The translations under genes and the position numbers were made by a program. From positions 22,568,001-22,632,000 of the forward strand of contig OZ024750.1 of assembly GCA_964016885.1 (NCBI GenBank): 64,000 nt of DNA, in the 5' to 3' direction. This document shows positions 1 to 14,338 of this stretch, piece by piece. The DNA comes from Eledone cirrhosa (lineage: Eukaryota). The notes beneath the pieces are model-generated. The model was not told where the DNA came from. It worked only from the letters and a program-made list of their open reading frames with translations, and searched no databases. Each line of letters opens with the position of its first letter. Position 1 is the first letter of the stretch.

Positions 1-798
1 GTGTGTAGATGTGTAATGTGTGTACATCTGTATGTGTGTACATCTGTATGTACGTCTATGTGTGTATGCGTGTACATTTGTATGTGTGCACATCTGTTTG
101 TGTGTACATCTGTATGTACGTGTGTGTGTGTGTGCACATATGTATGTGTGCACATCTGTATGTGTGTACATGTGTATTTGTACATGTGTATGTGTATGAT
201 CCATTCCTGTATAAACAAACTCACAGCTGCCAGCAAAGTTCAGTTTAAAATGCAACAAAACAGTTCCCATGCCTTATAGTCACTTGATATACAAGAAATC
301 TCCCCACATACACTGCGCTGTCTTAGAAATAAAGAATACATTATATACTCTAAACCGAGCTATACAATGCCTGAAGAATTGACAGTTTGTTCATGCCTGG
401 GATAATTTTGATCATAGGGCTGCTAGGTTAGAGCTGACCTGGGGCTAAATAAGAACACTAACACCAACAATAACAACAGTAGCACTGTGCCCATATACAT
501 AATGTCACACGTCTCTCTCTCTCTCTCTGATACTATTTTACACTATGACTCACTCTTTCTTTCTCTTTTTACCTTGACTCGTTCTATCTCTCTCTCTCTC
601 TCCCCCCCTCCCCCCACTCTCTCAATCAATTTGGTTCTCTTTTTCACTTTCTCTCTATCCATGATACACTTTTTCACTCTTCCTCTCTCCGACTCTCTTT
701 CACTCCTTTTTTCACTTTGACACTCTCACTCTCTCTCACTTTGACTCTCTCTTTTTCTCTCTCCCTCCCTCTCACATGCACACACAAAGACTCATACA

Positions 799-842
<44 letters not shown>

Positions 843-1273
843 TATTCACGCCCCCCACCCCCCATATATACACAGAGGTAACGTGAAAATACACACTATA
901 CTATATTCCTTTCATTTAACTAAGCTAAAAGCCAGTGAAAGGGGAGCTGTAATCGATAGAATCGATGAGATTATTGGTTAGCATTATAGATTCTCACACA
1001 CTCACACACACACACATATATATATATACATACACACATACACACATTCACCCATACATACACACACACACACACACACCCTAAAGTTATATATATAAAT
1101 GACAGCAGAGCTAGAAAGATCAATTACAGAAATATATAAATGACAGAGTTAATGCTGGTGGGATTTGAACACCGGATATGGTGAACCATATTAACACGTT
1201 ACTTTGTTTATATATAATTGAATATATTCGATTACTGCTGCACACACCACACACCACACACACACTATATATA

Positions 1274-1384
1274 TAGGAACGAGTAGGACCCCGACGGCTG
1301 AGCTCAAGCCGTTTCGACGGGTAATTCTGGACTAAAAATTTTTAGTCCAGAATTAGCCGTCGGGGTCCTATTCGTTCCTATTAC

Positions 1385-1428
<44 letters not shown>

Positions 1429-1610
1429 CGAAGGAGGTGTGGTAAGGAACCAGGTGGACCATAACGCACCAAAGTACTCAATACTTAGGGTAGTAGAGTG
1501 GGTAATAGGAAAATGTTTAACCCCGACGACAGAGCTCAAGCCGTTTCAACGACTATTTCTGGAGTCCAGAAACGGCTTGAGCTCTGCCATCGGGGTTAAA
1601 CATTTTCCTA
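1274..1610. mobile_element. Two fold-back copies of a (TA)n-targeting repeat family (also at 7168-7260 and 40278-40755)
   Basis: Shared sequence ACGAAGG..GGTAAGGAACCAGGTGGACCATAACGCACCAAAGTACTCAATAC..GGACCCCGACGGCTGAGCTCAAGCCGTTTCGAC; hairpins at 1274-1388 and 1506-1610. Confidence 0.7.
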
Positions 1611-2970
1611 TATATATATATGTTATATATATATGTATATATATATGTTATATATATATATGTTAATTTTAGTATGAAGGAAAGACAAGTTTATCGACTC
1701 CAGAAAAATTGAAGGCAAAGTTCGGCGGTATATAAAGAGCAGGAACAAATGCTACAAAGCATTTTATCCGACTCTCTAGCGATTCATCCTACACACTGCC
1801 CTCAGTAGTTGAAATAATTGTTTCTACTTTTGGCACAAGGCCAGCAATCACCCAGTACATTACTGGTACTTTATTTTATCGACCCCATAAGGATGAAAGG
1901 CAAAGTTAACCTTGACGGGATTTGAACTCAGACCGTAAAGGGACGTAACTATGCTAGAAAGCATGGCGTTCAACCCTCTATCGATACTGCCAATTCAGTT
2001 GAAATAATGATTTCTAGTATAGGCACAAAGCCAGTAATTTGGGGGGCGGTCGATTAAATCGACCCCAGTACGTTACTGGTACTTTATTTTATCTATCCCG
2101 TAAGGATGAAAGGCAAAGTTAACCTCAGCGGGATTTGAACTCAGACCGTAAAGGACCGTAACTCTATGCTGCAAAGCATGGCGTCCGACTCTCCACCGAT
2201 ACTGCCAATCCACCGCCCTTGAAATAATCCACCGCAGTTGAAATAATGATTTCTAGTATAGGCACAAGGCCAATAATTTTTTTTTGGGGGGGGGGGAGTC
2301 GTTAACACCGTGGGATTTGAAATCAGATCATAAAGGGCCGTAACTCTATGCTGCAAAGCATGGCATCCGACCTTCTACCGATACTGCCAATCCACCACCC
2401 TCACCGCAATTGAAATAATAATATAGAAAAGCTAACGTTAAATTTGTGACTTGAACTACTGTCGAGACTCAAGTTAATGGAGTTAATTGCTGTCTATTAT
2501 TGGATCTCTTTATAAACGAGATTCTCGTTGCGCTCCTTTTACTCTTGTGTTCTAATTTAATCCAGTAAATTTACATGATTTCATTCTTGGCAAATTGATA
2601 CATCTCGATATAAAGTGATAGATGAACAGATATATCTGACAGAGTTCTTATATGTCTGAATTCCTTCACTCTCTTTCTGTCTCTCTGATTCTTTATCTCT
2701 CTGTATCTCCATTATCTCCCTCGGATCTCTTTCTCTCACTATCTTACTCTATTTATCTCCACCTCTCCCTCTCTCACCGTCTCTATTTACTAAAAAAAAA
2801 AAAAAAGAATGAAAGTATGTATGTGTATAAACAGGTGTACATTCACAGTGTTTCTTTATAAGACTCTATAAACACTATATAAAGACTATTCTTTTTTAAG
2901 AATGGCAAATGTTAGCCTAGCTTTTCAATCCATCTGGATCAATAATTTATAAAGCATTCGTACACTCAGA

Positions 2971-3300
2971 TCAGATAAAGGAGATCGGATATATTTCTTC
3001 AGCCACTGACAAGAATTTCGTATCCATTTGAGAAACATTGATTTCTGCATTAATTTCGAAAAACAGCTTGCACTGTAAGACATTATCTTCATCAGCTGCC
3101 CACTGGAGACCACTACGATTTCGACGCCTACCGAGAGCGTCCTTTTCTCTAGAGGTGCCGAGCAGTAACAATGATTCCAAGATATTTTGGCCTACATCGT
3201 GGTACGCTTTTGTCCCTCATGTTATTTATGCACCCACGGCCCACATTTCCAAACCACCTTTAACGGAGTTCATTCTGCTGCAAGTATTCAGGCCAAGTTT
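2971..3300 (-). pseudogene. Possible decayed ankyrin-repeat coding relic
   Basis: Minus frame reads KLGLNTCSRMNSVKGGLEMWAVGA*IT*GTKAYHDVGQNILESLLLLG...RSGLQWAADEDNVLQCKLFFEINAEINV. The last segment resembles the ankyrin consensus (xTxLHWAAxxxNVxxxKLLLxxGAxIN). Contains in-frame stops. Confidence 0.3.
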
Positions 3301-3517
3301 CCGGTCTGATGAAAACTAACCTTCCACGAGTTTCAGAGGCCATGAAGACGCTTAGACGTTTTCCCTTCCTCCTCTGACTTAGCCATAAATAACAAACAAC
3401 GACAACAACAACAGCAAACAAACAAACAACAACCCCAAACCGACAAACAAGCCAACAGAAACAGCTAATGCTACTGCAATGAAAAATAGAATACGTTGTG
3501 TATCTGTTAACATATAT

Positions 3518-3761
3518 CAGTGGTTCCCAAACATTTCTTTCCTAAGGACGTCTTTTATTTGTATGAATTTTCCCACGGCTACCTCCGCTGCAATTACTCT
3601 CCTCCTACCCAGATTGTTTTGCAGTGAGAATAACAATTGAACGAAAGAATGGATACCCAATAGTGTGTGCATATTATATTTTTAACAAAGTACTCGAAAT
3701 GTTGAACTTTGCTCATGGACCCCCAGTAGCACGTTTGCGAACCCTAGGTTGGGAAACGCTG
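3518..3761. mobile_element. hAT (Charlie-like) MITE
   Basis: TIR CAGTGGTTCCCAA / TTGGGAAACGCTG; no clear TSD. Confidence 0.65.
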
Positions 3762-4620
3762 TTCTTATGCAACAGTAATTCAACATTAATTAGATCACAA
3801 TACTGTCCTTGCCATAAACAGGCGAAGGGAGTCTAATGCCATCGATATTGTAAATGTCATCTGAATTTCAACACTATACTTACTTTAAACACATTAATTC
3901 ATAATATGTCAACTGAAGTCATAGCAGGAAATGTGACCTAAAGATGATATTCAATATGCCTATACGATATCGAATAGACCTTCACTGCTGTTAGTATCGC
4001 CTTAATATTTAACTCTTTACAACAAAGTCAACTTAGTAAATAAATATCAGGTGAAAATACTGAATGTAATTGCACCTATTGACAATAACAGGTGTACAAA
4101 GATTTGAATTACTTTGGAACAACTAGTTCAGATACTATAAACATTTGAATTAACAAATCACATGAAACCAATTTAACAAAACAATCTTGAAAAATACAAA
4201 ACAGCAGCATGACAGTAACGCATTAAAAATTAGAGTACTACAAATTTTCACAACAATCTGTCTACTAATAAATATACTATAAATACATGAATTAACAAAC
4301 TATTTAAAATATTTTCCACTAAACCATTCTAGGATGTAAAGAGTTATTTCATGATTTCTAACATAGGCACATAACAAGGTCACTCATTTTAGATTGGGAG
4401 GGGTGGGTGAATAGAATAAGTCTATTATACTACAGCAGTTCTTGGCTAGTATATTTTTTTCTGTTTAAACAAGAAATACTTAGTATAAACTTATATTCCA
4501 ATTGTGTACATTTAAGTCAGAAATCATAACCATCAAAATTGTAAACGTTCTTTTCAAAAGATTTTAAGGTTATTTACATATAACTTCCTTCTATTATCTC
4601 AATTATTATACACAAACAAG

Positions 4621-4668
<48 letters not shown>

Positions 4669-5200
4669 GGTGTGGGTGCGTGTGAAAATTCGTTGTAACT
4701 ACATATTTAAGTAGTTGGATGCGAGTTAATTTGATTAAAATAATCAAATGTTAGCGATCCAAGACTTATATATAACACATACGATGAAACACGTGTAACT
4801 CTTACGCAATAAAATTATTCTCACTCATCTGAATTATTGTGTTTTTAAAAGTATTTCTGTAATTTTTTATATACACTCCGTAAATCGTTACACTTGAAAC
4901 CTATATGACTACCACAGGGTCTACCAATTGGAATAATTCGTACGTTGAGTAAACACTACTATTGAGTAAACACTACTATATATATATATTAAATCCCAAA
5001 GGAAGGCCCACCTCGATTCTGCTGGTATGCAAGCTGACTAGCTTTGAACTCATCTTACGGAGTACACCTTCCTTTGGGATTTCACTAATTACTATACCAA
5101 CTCTGCACCTAAACATGCGTTGAGTACTAGAGTACTACTCTGATCTGTGGTCTTCCTCGTCTCCGTATGTATGTATGTATGTATGTATGTGTATATATAT

Positions 5201-5707
5201 ATTTCGTTTCTGAATTTGTTTAGCAAGATTCTTTATCTGAAAACGTGTGTTGAAACCGATCTTGTTATACTTTGGGAGGGTCATGTTGCCAATAAGAAAC
5301 ACATGCACCAGTTGCTTTCACTTCAATTTATTATAAATTAAATTTATAAATTTAGGAATTTATAAATTTCCGGTTGGTTGGTTGGTTGGTTCCACAACCA
5401 AATGATTGTTCATATATTGTCAGTTCTTTCGTCACACATTCTGTGACCTCTTCAGTGACTGGCGTAGGACAGAACAAAGGAGAGGCACAAAAACAAAGAA
5501 AAGAATCCTCAGTCACTGAAGAGGTCACAGAATGTGTGACGAAAGAACTTTGACAATATATGAACAATCGTCTGGTTGTGGAACCAACCAACCAACCGGA
5601 AATTTATAAATTCCTAAATTTATAAATTTAATTTATAATAAATTGAAGTGAAAGTAACTGGTACGTGTGTTTCTTATTGGCAACATGACCCTCCCAAAGT
5701 ATAACAA
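5201..5707. mobile_element. Fold-back PLE/retrozyme-like element in (TA)n; same family as 14801-14935
   Basis: Inverted arms 5262-5461 and 5510-5707, unpaired tail 5201-5261, hammerhead in the arms, TA repeats on both sides. Confidence 0.7.
5512..5554 (+). ncRNA. Minimal type I hammerhead motif
   Basis: GTCA CTGAAGA G GTCACA-GAATG-TGTGAC GAA AGAACT T TGAC. The mirror copy on - (about 5419-5459) lacks 2 nt at the cleavage site. Confidence 0.6.
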
Positions 5708-5728
5708 TATATATATATATATATATAT

Positions 5729-6097
5729 GTAAAAGTTCTATTTAAATTGTTGGGATACAACAAGCAAATATTTTTATAACTGATATAAAGCACTCAACAA
5801 ATAATTGGATTAAAAATACGATATTAACAAATGGAAACTATATTTATAAAACCATATTTATTTCATTATACATATTTCAAGGACACCAAGTTAAATTATG
5901 GTGTGCTTTCATCAGATAAAATATAATGAGCAGTTTTATAAATAAATATTAACAGGGTATGTCAATATTTATTTATAAAACTGCTCTATATTATATTTTA
6001 TCTGATGAAAGCACACCATAATTTAACTTGGTGTCTTTGAAATATGTATAATGAAATAAATATGGTTTTATAAATATAGTTTCCATTTGTTAATATC

Positions 6098-6100
<3 letters not shown>
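5729..6100. mobile_element. Fold-back PLE/retrozyme-like element in (TA)n; same family as 39590-40043
   Basis: Arms 5817-5950 and 5964-6100, tail 5729-5816, hammerhead in the arms. Confidence 0.7.
5994..6058 (+). ncRNA. Type I hammerhead ribozyme motif (mirror copy on - in the left arm, about 5859-5923)
   Basis: Stem I TATTTTAT/ATGAAATA; core CTGATGA 6002-6008; stem II AAGCACACCA...TGGTGTCTTT; GAAA; stem III ATATGTAT; H17=A. Diverged relative of the 39845 motif with compensatory changes. Confidence 0.8.
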
Positions 6101-6144
<44 letters not shown>

Positions 6145-6146
6145 GT

Positions 6147-6367
6147 GCCTGCTGCTATCAAACCTGCACATAATCTCATATACCCTGAGATTGCTTGCAG
6201 TAAACATGCACATACATACATTGTATGTATGTATGTATGTATGTATGTATGTATGTATGTATGTATGTATGTATGTATGTATGTATGTATGTATGTATAT
6301 ATGTGCATGTTTACTGCAAGCAATCTAGAGGTATATGTGATTATGTGCAGGTTTGATAGCAGCAGGC
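6147..6367. repeat. Inverted repeat (about 70-bp arms) around (TATG)n
   Basis: GCCTGCTGCTATCAAACCTGCACATAATC... and its reverse complement ending at 6367. Confidence 0.7.
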
Positions 6368-6901
6368 TTGCCACACGTAATCAGCGGTGTTATAGTTGTC
6401 TGGCTTCTAATATTTGACGTCATAATAATACTAAAGTGTTGTGATAAATCTTATGCGATGTGAAGAGGCAAATGTTACGTCTTAGATAGTTGTGTAAGTC
6501 GACTGTATATACATCTAGATCGTGTAAATGCATCTAGCTTAGTGGTTAGAGTATTCGTCTTAAGATCCTGCGGCTATGACATCGATTCCCTGCGGTGCGT
6601 TGTGTCATTGAATTGCTCAATTTAATTCACGTTGTTCCAGACCATTCAGTTGGGGAAAGAAATCATGAGAAGTCTTTTCCGTTGATCAAACAACTGGATC
6701 ACTCATTGTGGGAACTGTCAGAGATTTAACACACACACACACACACACACACAACATCTAAATGCTTTTACAGAGATTAAGTTCAACCGTTTTAAAATCG
6801 TGCAGTGACGTCATTAAAATTGTTTCATGGCCTCAATTGATTTGAGAGGTGCAGTTTATCGAGAAAATATACACAAGTTCCTAAACCAAGCTACTACAAC
6901 A

Positions 6902-6944
6902 CAGGGCTGGATTTAGGAGGTGCCAGCTTCATTTGGTATATATG

Positions 6945-6997
<53 letters not shown>

Positions 6998-7134
6998 ATA
7001 GTAATTTGTTTTTGATTTTTTAGGTCAACGATCTATGGTGTGTTCCAACTTAAGCACTCCACGTCGTGGTTTCCTAAATGGTATCCGACGGAATATTTAT
7101 AATAAGCTTTTATTTTTTCAATTCCATTTTATTA

Positions 7135-7169
<35 letters not shown>

Positions 7170-7256
7170 CGGAGGAAATGTGGTAAGGAACCGGGTGGAC
7201 CATAACGAATTAGCCGTCGAAACGGCTTGAGCTCAGCCGTCGGGGTCCTACTCGTT

Positions 7257-7311
<55 letters not shown>

Positions 7312-7441
7312 CAATGTGTTGTGTTTACTTGACGAGCTAAAAGTGGATTACTTTAGTGTGTGGTGGGGTGGGGTGGGATGGGTCTCTTTAAGCGCGAGAC
7401 CCAGTCGGGAGAAATTGGTTCAGTTGGCTTGTCTGGCCCTA
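6902..7441. mobile_element. hAT-type MITE interrupted by (TA)n and fold-back-family fragments
   Basis: Ends CAGGGCTGG / CTGGCCCTA; TSD CTACAACA vs CTAAAACA (7/8). Confidence 0.55.
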
Positions 7442-7528
7442 CTAAAACAAGTATGACGTATTGAACAAGTATGACGTTTCTGAACATTTTTTTTTTATTG
7501 TTAGTACTGTACCGTATAGGCAGCGAAT

Positions 7529-8632
7529 TGGCAAAGTCGTTAGAACGTCGGATAGAATGGTAGAGTCGTTAGAACGTCGGATAGAATGGTAGAGTCGTTA
7601 GAACGTCGGATAGAATGGTAGAGTCGTTAGAACGTCGGATAGAATGGTAGAGTCGTTAGAACGTCGGATAGAATGGCAAAGTCGTTAGAACGTCGGATAG
7701 AATGGTAGAGTCGTTAGAACGTCGGATAGAATGGTAGAGTCGTTAGAACGTCGGATAGAATGGCAAAGTCGTTAGAACGTCGGATAGAATGGTAGAGTCG
7801 TTAGAACGTCGGATAGAATGGTAGAGTCGTTAGAACGTCGGATAGAATGGTAGAGTCGTTAGAACGTCGGATAGAATGGCAAAGTCGTTAGAACGTCGGA
7901 TAGAATGGTAGAGTCGTTAGAACGTCGGATAGAATGGCAAAGTCGTTAGAACGTCGGATAGAATGGCAAAGTCGTTAGAACGTCGGATAGAATGGCAAAG
8001 TCGTTAGAACGTCGGATAGAATGGTAGAGTCGTTAGAACGTCGGATAGAATGGCAAAGTCGTTAGAACGTCGGATAGAATGGTAGAGTCGTTAGAACGTC
8101 GGATAGAATGGTAGAGTCGTTAGAACGTCGGATAGAATGGTAGAGTCGTTAGAACGTCGGATAGAATGGCAAAGTCGTTAGAACGTCGGATAGAATGGTA
8201 GAGTCGTTAGAACGTCGGATAGAATGGCAAAGTCGTTAGAACGTCGGATAGAATGGTAGAGTCGTTAGAACGTCGGATAGAATGGTAGAGTCGTTAGAAC
8301 GTCGGATAGAATGGCAAAGTCGTTAGAACGTCGGATAGAATGGTAGAGTCGTTAGAACGTCGGATAGAATGGCAAAGTCGTTAGAACGTCGGATAGAATG
8401 GTAGAGTCATTAGAACGTCGGATAGAATGGTAGAGTCATTAGAACGTCGGATAGAATGGTAGAGTCATTAGAACGTCGGATAGAATGGCAAAGTCGTTAG
8501 AACGTCGGATAGAATGGTAGAGTCGTTAGAACGTCGGATAGAATGGTAGAGTCGTTAGAACGTCGGATAGAATGGCAAAGTCGTTAGAACGTCGGATAGA
8601 ATGGTAGAGTCGTTAGAACGTCGGATAGAATG
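7529..8632 (+). repeat. 29-bp minisatellite (about 38 copies) of a SINE A-box region
   Basis: Unit TGG(TAG/CAA)AGTCGTTAGAACGTCGGATAGAA inside SINE 7519-8935, upstream of the B box GAGTTCAAATCC (about 8666). Confidence 0.9.
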
Positions 8633-9074
8633 CTCTATGGTATTCGTTATGACTCTCTGCTCTCTGAGTTCAAATCCCGCCGAGGTCAACTTTTCTTTTC
8701 GTCCTTTCGAGGTCGATAAAAAAAAAGTCTAGTACTGGGGTCGATTCTTCCTGCATATCTCTTTCTCCCCCCCCCCTCTCTCCTCTCTCTCACCTATCTT
8801 TTTTCTGGAAGAAATCTGCTGTACTCAGGCCTGGAGAGGGATGGGGTCCGCCATACTTTAAAATGCCCAAGAAACGCCGTATATCAATACAGCGCCCCCT
8901 ATCACTCATCTCGAGTTACGGGACCACACATACATACTGTCCTGTATGTATTCTAGCATTGAGTCCACTGTCTGTTAGCAGGTTATTGTAAAACGTGCAG
9001 CAAGGGTTTCCCCGTTATGTATTAAGCTGGATAACTGCTGACTTTGGCAACATGACACCCAGCATTAACATCTA

Positions 9075-9772
<698 letters not shown>

Positions 9773-10112
9773 TGCAGCCGACAGTCAATTAGTGTCTAAT
9801 ATAAAAAAGATTCCACGATAAGTTACTTCAGATACGAGTGTGAAACCAGCGAAAGCGCTGACATTTATAAAATATATATCTATCCTGTCAGCAGCCTGTA
9901 CTATTTATTGTTATTGTTATTGTTATGTTATGTTGTTGTTGGCAGTCTAGTTTTCTCTAAATCTACCGTGTGTGTTTAAAAGGCGATTTAGTAGAATCGT
10001 AAGACGTCGGATAGAACACCTCGCGGTGTTTCTTCCGACGCTCTGCACGCCGAAGTCCGCTTTGCCTTTCATCCTTCCGAGGTCGATAATTAAAGTACCA
10101 GCCCAGGAATCG

Positions 10113-10175
<63 letters not shown>

Positions 10176-10319
10176 TACATGCACACGTACAGACCGACAT
10201 ATTAATATTTACTGATGTACATATTAATATTTACAAGCAATCGGCTGTCTTAAGATATGGAGAGGGTTTAGGCTCCGCCAAGTTTAAATAGCCAAGATAT
10301 ATTACTATGGCGCCTGTTC

Positions 10320-12175
10320 AGTTCTCGATCTGTTTTACTCATGTCTTCTTCTGTGCGCTGCGCTGGATTCTCCAGTGCATGAGTCACTGTTGTGACAGAA
10401 GTTGTTGTAGTCTTCCGGTTCTCATCCTATGGACGTGACCAAACCACTCTAGCCTGCGTTGCCGGATTTGCTCTTCATTGGTCGGCTGCTGCTGACATTG
10501 TTTTCGGATATTGTTGTTTGAAATTCGGTCGTATAGAGTGACTCCAAGAATCTGACGAAGACATCACATTTGGAACACCTCCAACTTGTTCAGGTCTTGT
10601 TTGAGGATGTTGTTGTTTGAAATTCGGTCGTATAGAGTGACTCCAAGAATCTGACGAAGACATCACATTTGGAACACCTCCAGCTTGTTCAGGTCTTGTT
10701 TGAGGATGTTGTTGTTTGAAATTCGGCCGCGTAGAGGGACTCTGATGAAGAGAAGATCTGACGAAGACATCGCCTTTAGAACACCTCAAGCTTGTTCAGG
10801 TCTTGTTTGAGGATGTTGTTGTTTGAAATTCGGCCGCGTAGAGGGATTCTGATGAAGAGAAGATCTGACGAAGACATCGCCTTTAGAACACCTCAAGCTT
10901 GTTCAGGTCTTGTTTGAGGATGTTGTTGTTTGAAATTCGGCCGCGTAGAGGGACTCTGATGAAGAGAAGATCTGACGAAGACATCGCCTTTAGAACACCT
11001 CAAGCTTGTTCAGGTCTTGTTTGAGGATGTTGTTGTTTGAAATTCGGCCGCGTAGAGGGACTCTGATGAAGAGAAGATCTGACGAAGACATCGCCTTTAG
11101 AACACCTCAAGCTTGTTCAGGTCTTGTTTGAGGATGTTGTTGTTTGAAATTCGGCCGCGTAGAGGGACTCTGATGAAGAGAAGATCTGACGAAGACATCG
11201 CCTTTAGAACACCTCAAGCTTGTTCAGGTCTTGTTTGAGGATGTTGTTGTTTGAAATTCGGCCGCGTAGAGGGATTCTGATGAAGAGAAGATCTGACGAA
11301 GACACCGCCTTTAGAACACCTCAAGCTTGTTCAGGTCTTGTTTGAGGATGTTGTTGTTTGAAATTCGGCCGCGTAGAGGGACTCTGATGAAGAGAAGATC
11401 TGACGAAGACATCGCCTTTAGAACACCTCAAGCTTGTTCAGGTCTTGTTTGAGGATGTTGTTGTTTGAAATTCGGCCGCGTAGAGGGACTCTGATGAAGA
11501 GAAGATCTGACGAAGACATCGCCTTTAGAACAACTCAAGCTTGTTCATGTCTTGTTTGAGGATGTTGTTGTTTGAAATTCGGCCGCGTAGAGGGACTCTG
11601 ATGAAGAGAAGATCTGACGAAGACATCGCCTTTAGAACAACTCAAGCTTGTTCAGGTCTTGTTTGAGGATGTTGTTGTTTGAAATTCGGCCGCGTAGAGG
11701 GACTCTGATGAAGAGAAGATCTGACGAAGACATCGCCTTTAGAACGCCTCAAGCTTGTTCATGTCTTGTTTGAGGATGTTGTTGTTTGAAATTCGGCCGC
11801 GTAGAGGGACTCTGATGAAGAGAAGATCTGACGAAGACATCGCCTTTAGAACAACTCAAGCTTGTTCATGTCTTGTTTGAGGATGTTGTTGTTTGAAATT
11901 CGGCCGCGTAAAGGGACTCTGATGAAGAGAAGATCTGACGAAGACATCGCCTTTAGAACAACTCAAGCTTGTTCAGGTCTTGTTTGAGGATGTTGTTGTT
12001 TGAAATTCGGCCGCGTAGAGGGACTCTGATGAAGAGAAGATCTGACGAAGACATCGCCTTTAGAACACCTCAAGCTTGTTCATGTCTTGTTTGAGGGTGC
12101 TCCAGGTGTCAGCGCTGTTGAGGTAGGACTAGCGTGCGGAAAAGACAGATTTGTGTCCTTTGGGAGATATGAGGT
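10320..12175 (-). mobile_element. RTE-like LINE ORF2 fragment with internal tandem amplification
   Basis: Minus translation HISQRTQICLFRTLVLP..NSADTWSTLKQDMNKLEVF..CLRQILGVTLYDRISNNNIRKQCQQQPTNEEQIRQRRLEWFGHVHRM, typical of the post-RT region of non-LTR ORF2. Confidence 0.8.
10511..12096. repeat. Minisatellite: 2 x 99 bp then 13 x 107 bp, derived from LINE ORF2
   Basis: Unit starts at 10511, 10610, 10709, then every 107 bp to 11993. Confidence 0.9.
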
Positions 12176-12675
12176 TGATAGAATAAGCTAGGTTAAAAAA
12201 GCACGCCAACCGTGACCATCTTGTCTTTTTTGCGTTTCTAATCTTGTCTACATTATCTAATGGGCGTACCGTTGCCTTATTTAAGTTATGAGTTCAGGGT
12301 GATTTGACCTGCTATTTCTAGCAGGACCAAGACGTTCCAGCCGTTCCATTCTATCATTTGGTCTGTTATTTCTAGCAGGTCAAACGACTATGTGGAGGCC
12401 CAATCGATGGCTCGCCTTGGTGTCGCCGTTTGTTTTTGTGTCGATATGTAAATGTGTATATGTGATGTAAATACGGCTGTGTGTGTGTGTGCGTGCGCAC
12501 GCATACGTGATAAAAGTACACGAGAACATGCAAGTAAGTGTGTGTGTGTGTGTGTGTGTGTAGCATGCTCTGCATTGAAGATAAAGAGAGAATGATTTTA
12601 GCTTTTAAGAAATTACTTTCTGACCCAATTAACTATAATAACCACACCTACATACACACACAGGCACAGACACAC

Positions 12676-12713
<38 letters not shown>

Positions 12714-13034
12714 ACACTTACACACTCACTTCACTCGCACATACGCACACATTTATACACACACGCACACATACCATGTACCAATTAGCTATGAAATGTT
12801 TCTTAGACAGAGACATCAGATATCAGAGAGTCGGACAAAATGCTTTACGACATTTAGCTGCGGCTCCTTATGTTCTGAGTCAAATCACACTGACAGTGCC
12901 TGTGGAGGAGTGTGGCCTATTGGTTAAGGTGTTAAACTCACGATCATAAGGTGGTGGGCTCGATCCCTGGGCCAGTCAGAGCGCTGTGTTTTTGAGCAAG
13001 ACGCTCTGTTTCATGTTGTTTTTCATTTAAACCA

Positions 13035-13430
13035 TCGAGAAACCACATGAGATGAAGCCTCGTGGGAGGCCAGGTAAAGCGACATAGGTGCGAGCTATAA
13101 CAACAATATAAAACACTTTAGAAACCATCTGTGTGATGAAACCATACAGGAGGCCAGGTGAACCGTCATAGGTGCGAGCCATAACAGCAACATATACATA
13201 CATGTGTATATAAGACTAGGACCTTATCATTAAAACACTGTAGAAACCACCTATGTGATGAATCCTCGTAGGAGGCCAGCTAAACCGACATAGGTGTGAG
13301 CTGTAACAACAACATATACATATATGTGTATATAGGACTATGGCCTTTATCATTAAAACATACTAGAAACCTCTTTTGAAATGCAGCCTCGTATGAGTTC
13401 AGCCAAACCTGCTTGTGTGTGAACTGTAAA
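13035..13430 (+). repeat. Four diverged tandem copies of an 80-125 bp unit
   Basis: AGAAACCA..TGTGATGAA.CC.CGTAGGAGGCCAGGTAAACCGACATAGGTGCGAGCT.TAACAACAA. Confidence 0.7.
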
Positions 13431-14033
13431 TTTCCTTTATTTCATTTTTATTGTTTACCCCCAAAACACAGACATCAACGAGGAAGCCTGTATGTAATCA
13501 CTCAATTTGTTAGAAATGCTAACTAAATCTCCCTCAAACTATAACCTGTTGTTTTATAAACGAGCACAATGGATGTAGACGATTCCAGAAGAAAAAATAG
13601 TAGTATGGTCTTTGATTCTATATCTCTTCTGTCGGAACCAAGCTGGGGTTAAACAGTAACAAGCTTTCAAAGCTAGAATAGGTGGTATAAATACGCCGAA
13701 TGGAGGCCTCACACAATTAACCAATTTAATATATGGAATGGATCTCTGTCGGTTTCGACGAGGAGTATTCTAGTTAATGTGAAAGAGACTGAACACTCCG
13801 CAAGCAGATATACTTTTAACGTAATTCTCAGGAGGTTTCTGTCCGATCAGAGTTGACCTGGGGTTAAACGATAACATGAAAAAAAAACTCTTATATACAA
13901 AAATTAGTGCGCGCGCGCGTGTATTCTACTCATCCCCCAGAAAATTATTTATATATTGACAAAACATTCCTTTGAAGAAACTTGGGATATTACAAGCTGA
14001 AACCGTGGTCTCTAATTATATAAATATATGTAT

Positions 14034-14069
<36 letters not shown>

Positions 14070-14258
14070 GGAAAATGTGTGAAATCCTTGGTACAGTTAG
14101 GTATATTTTAAAAAAGGGAAACGAATGACTTCACTTGTAGTTCTAAACAATTTAATTTAATTTTCTAGATCTACAAAACCAAATTGTAAAATCATACATA
14201 ATTGTTTAGAACTACAAGTGAAGTCATTCTTTTCCCTTTTTAAATATATATATATAAA

Positions 14259-14338
<80 letters not shown>

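Noticed and set aside
1274-1610. Hammerhead in the 1427/40521 family (GTCGAAACGGCTT)
   Set aside because: Only a GAAAC half is visible; no CUGANGA core in the copies present, so it was not called.
7529-8632. CRISPR-like appearance of 29-33 bp repeat arrays (also 19218-19618 and 35350-36495)
   Set aside because: Units are head-to-tail with no unique spacers, there are no cas genes, the context is eukaryotic, and two arrays derive from SINEs.
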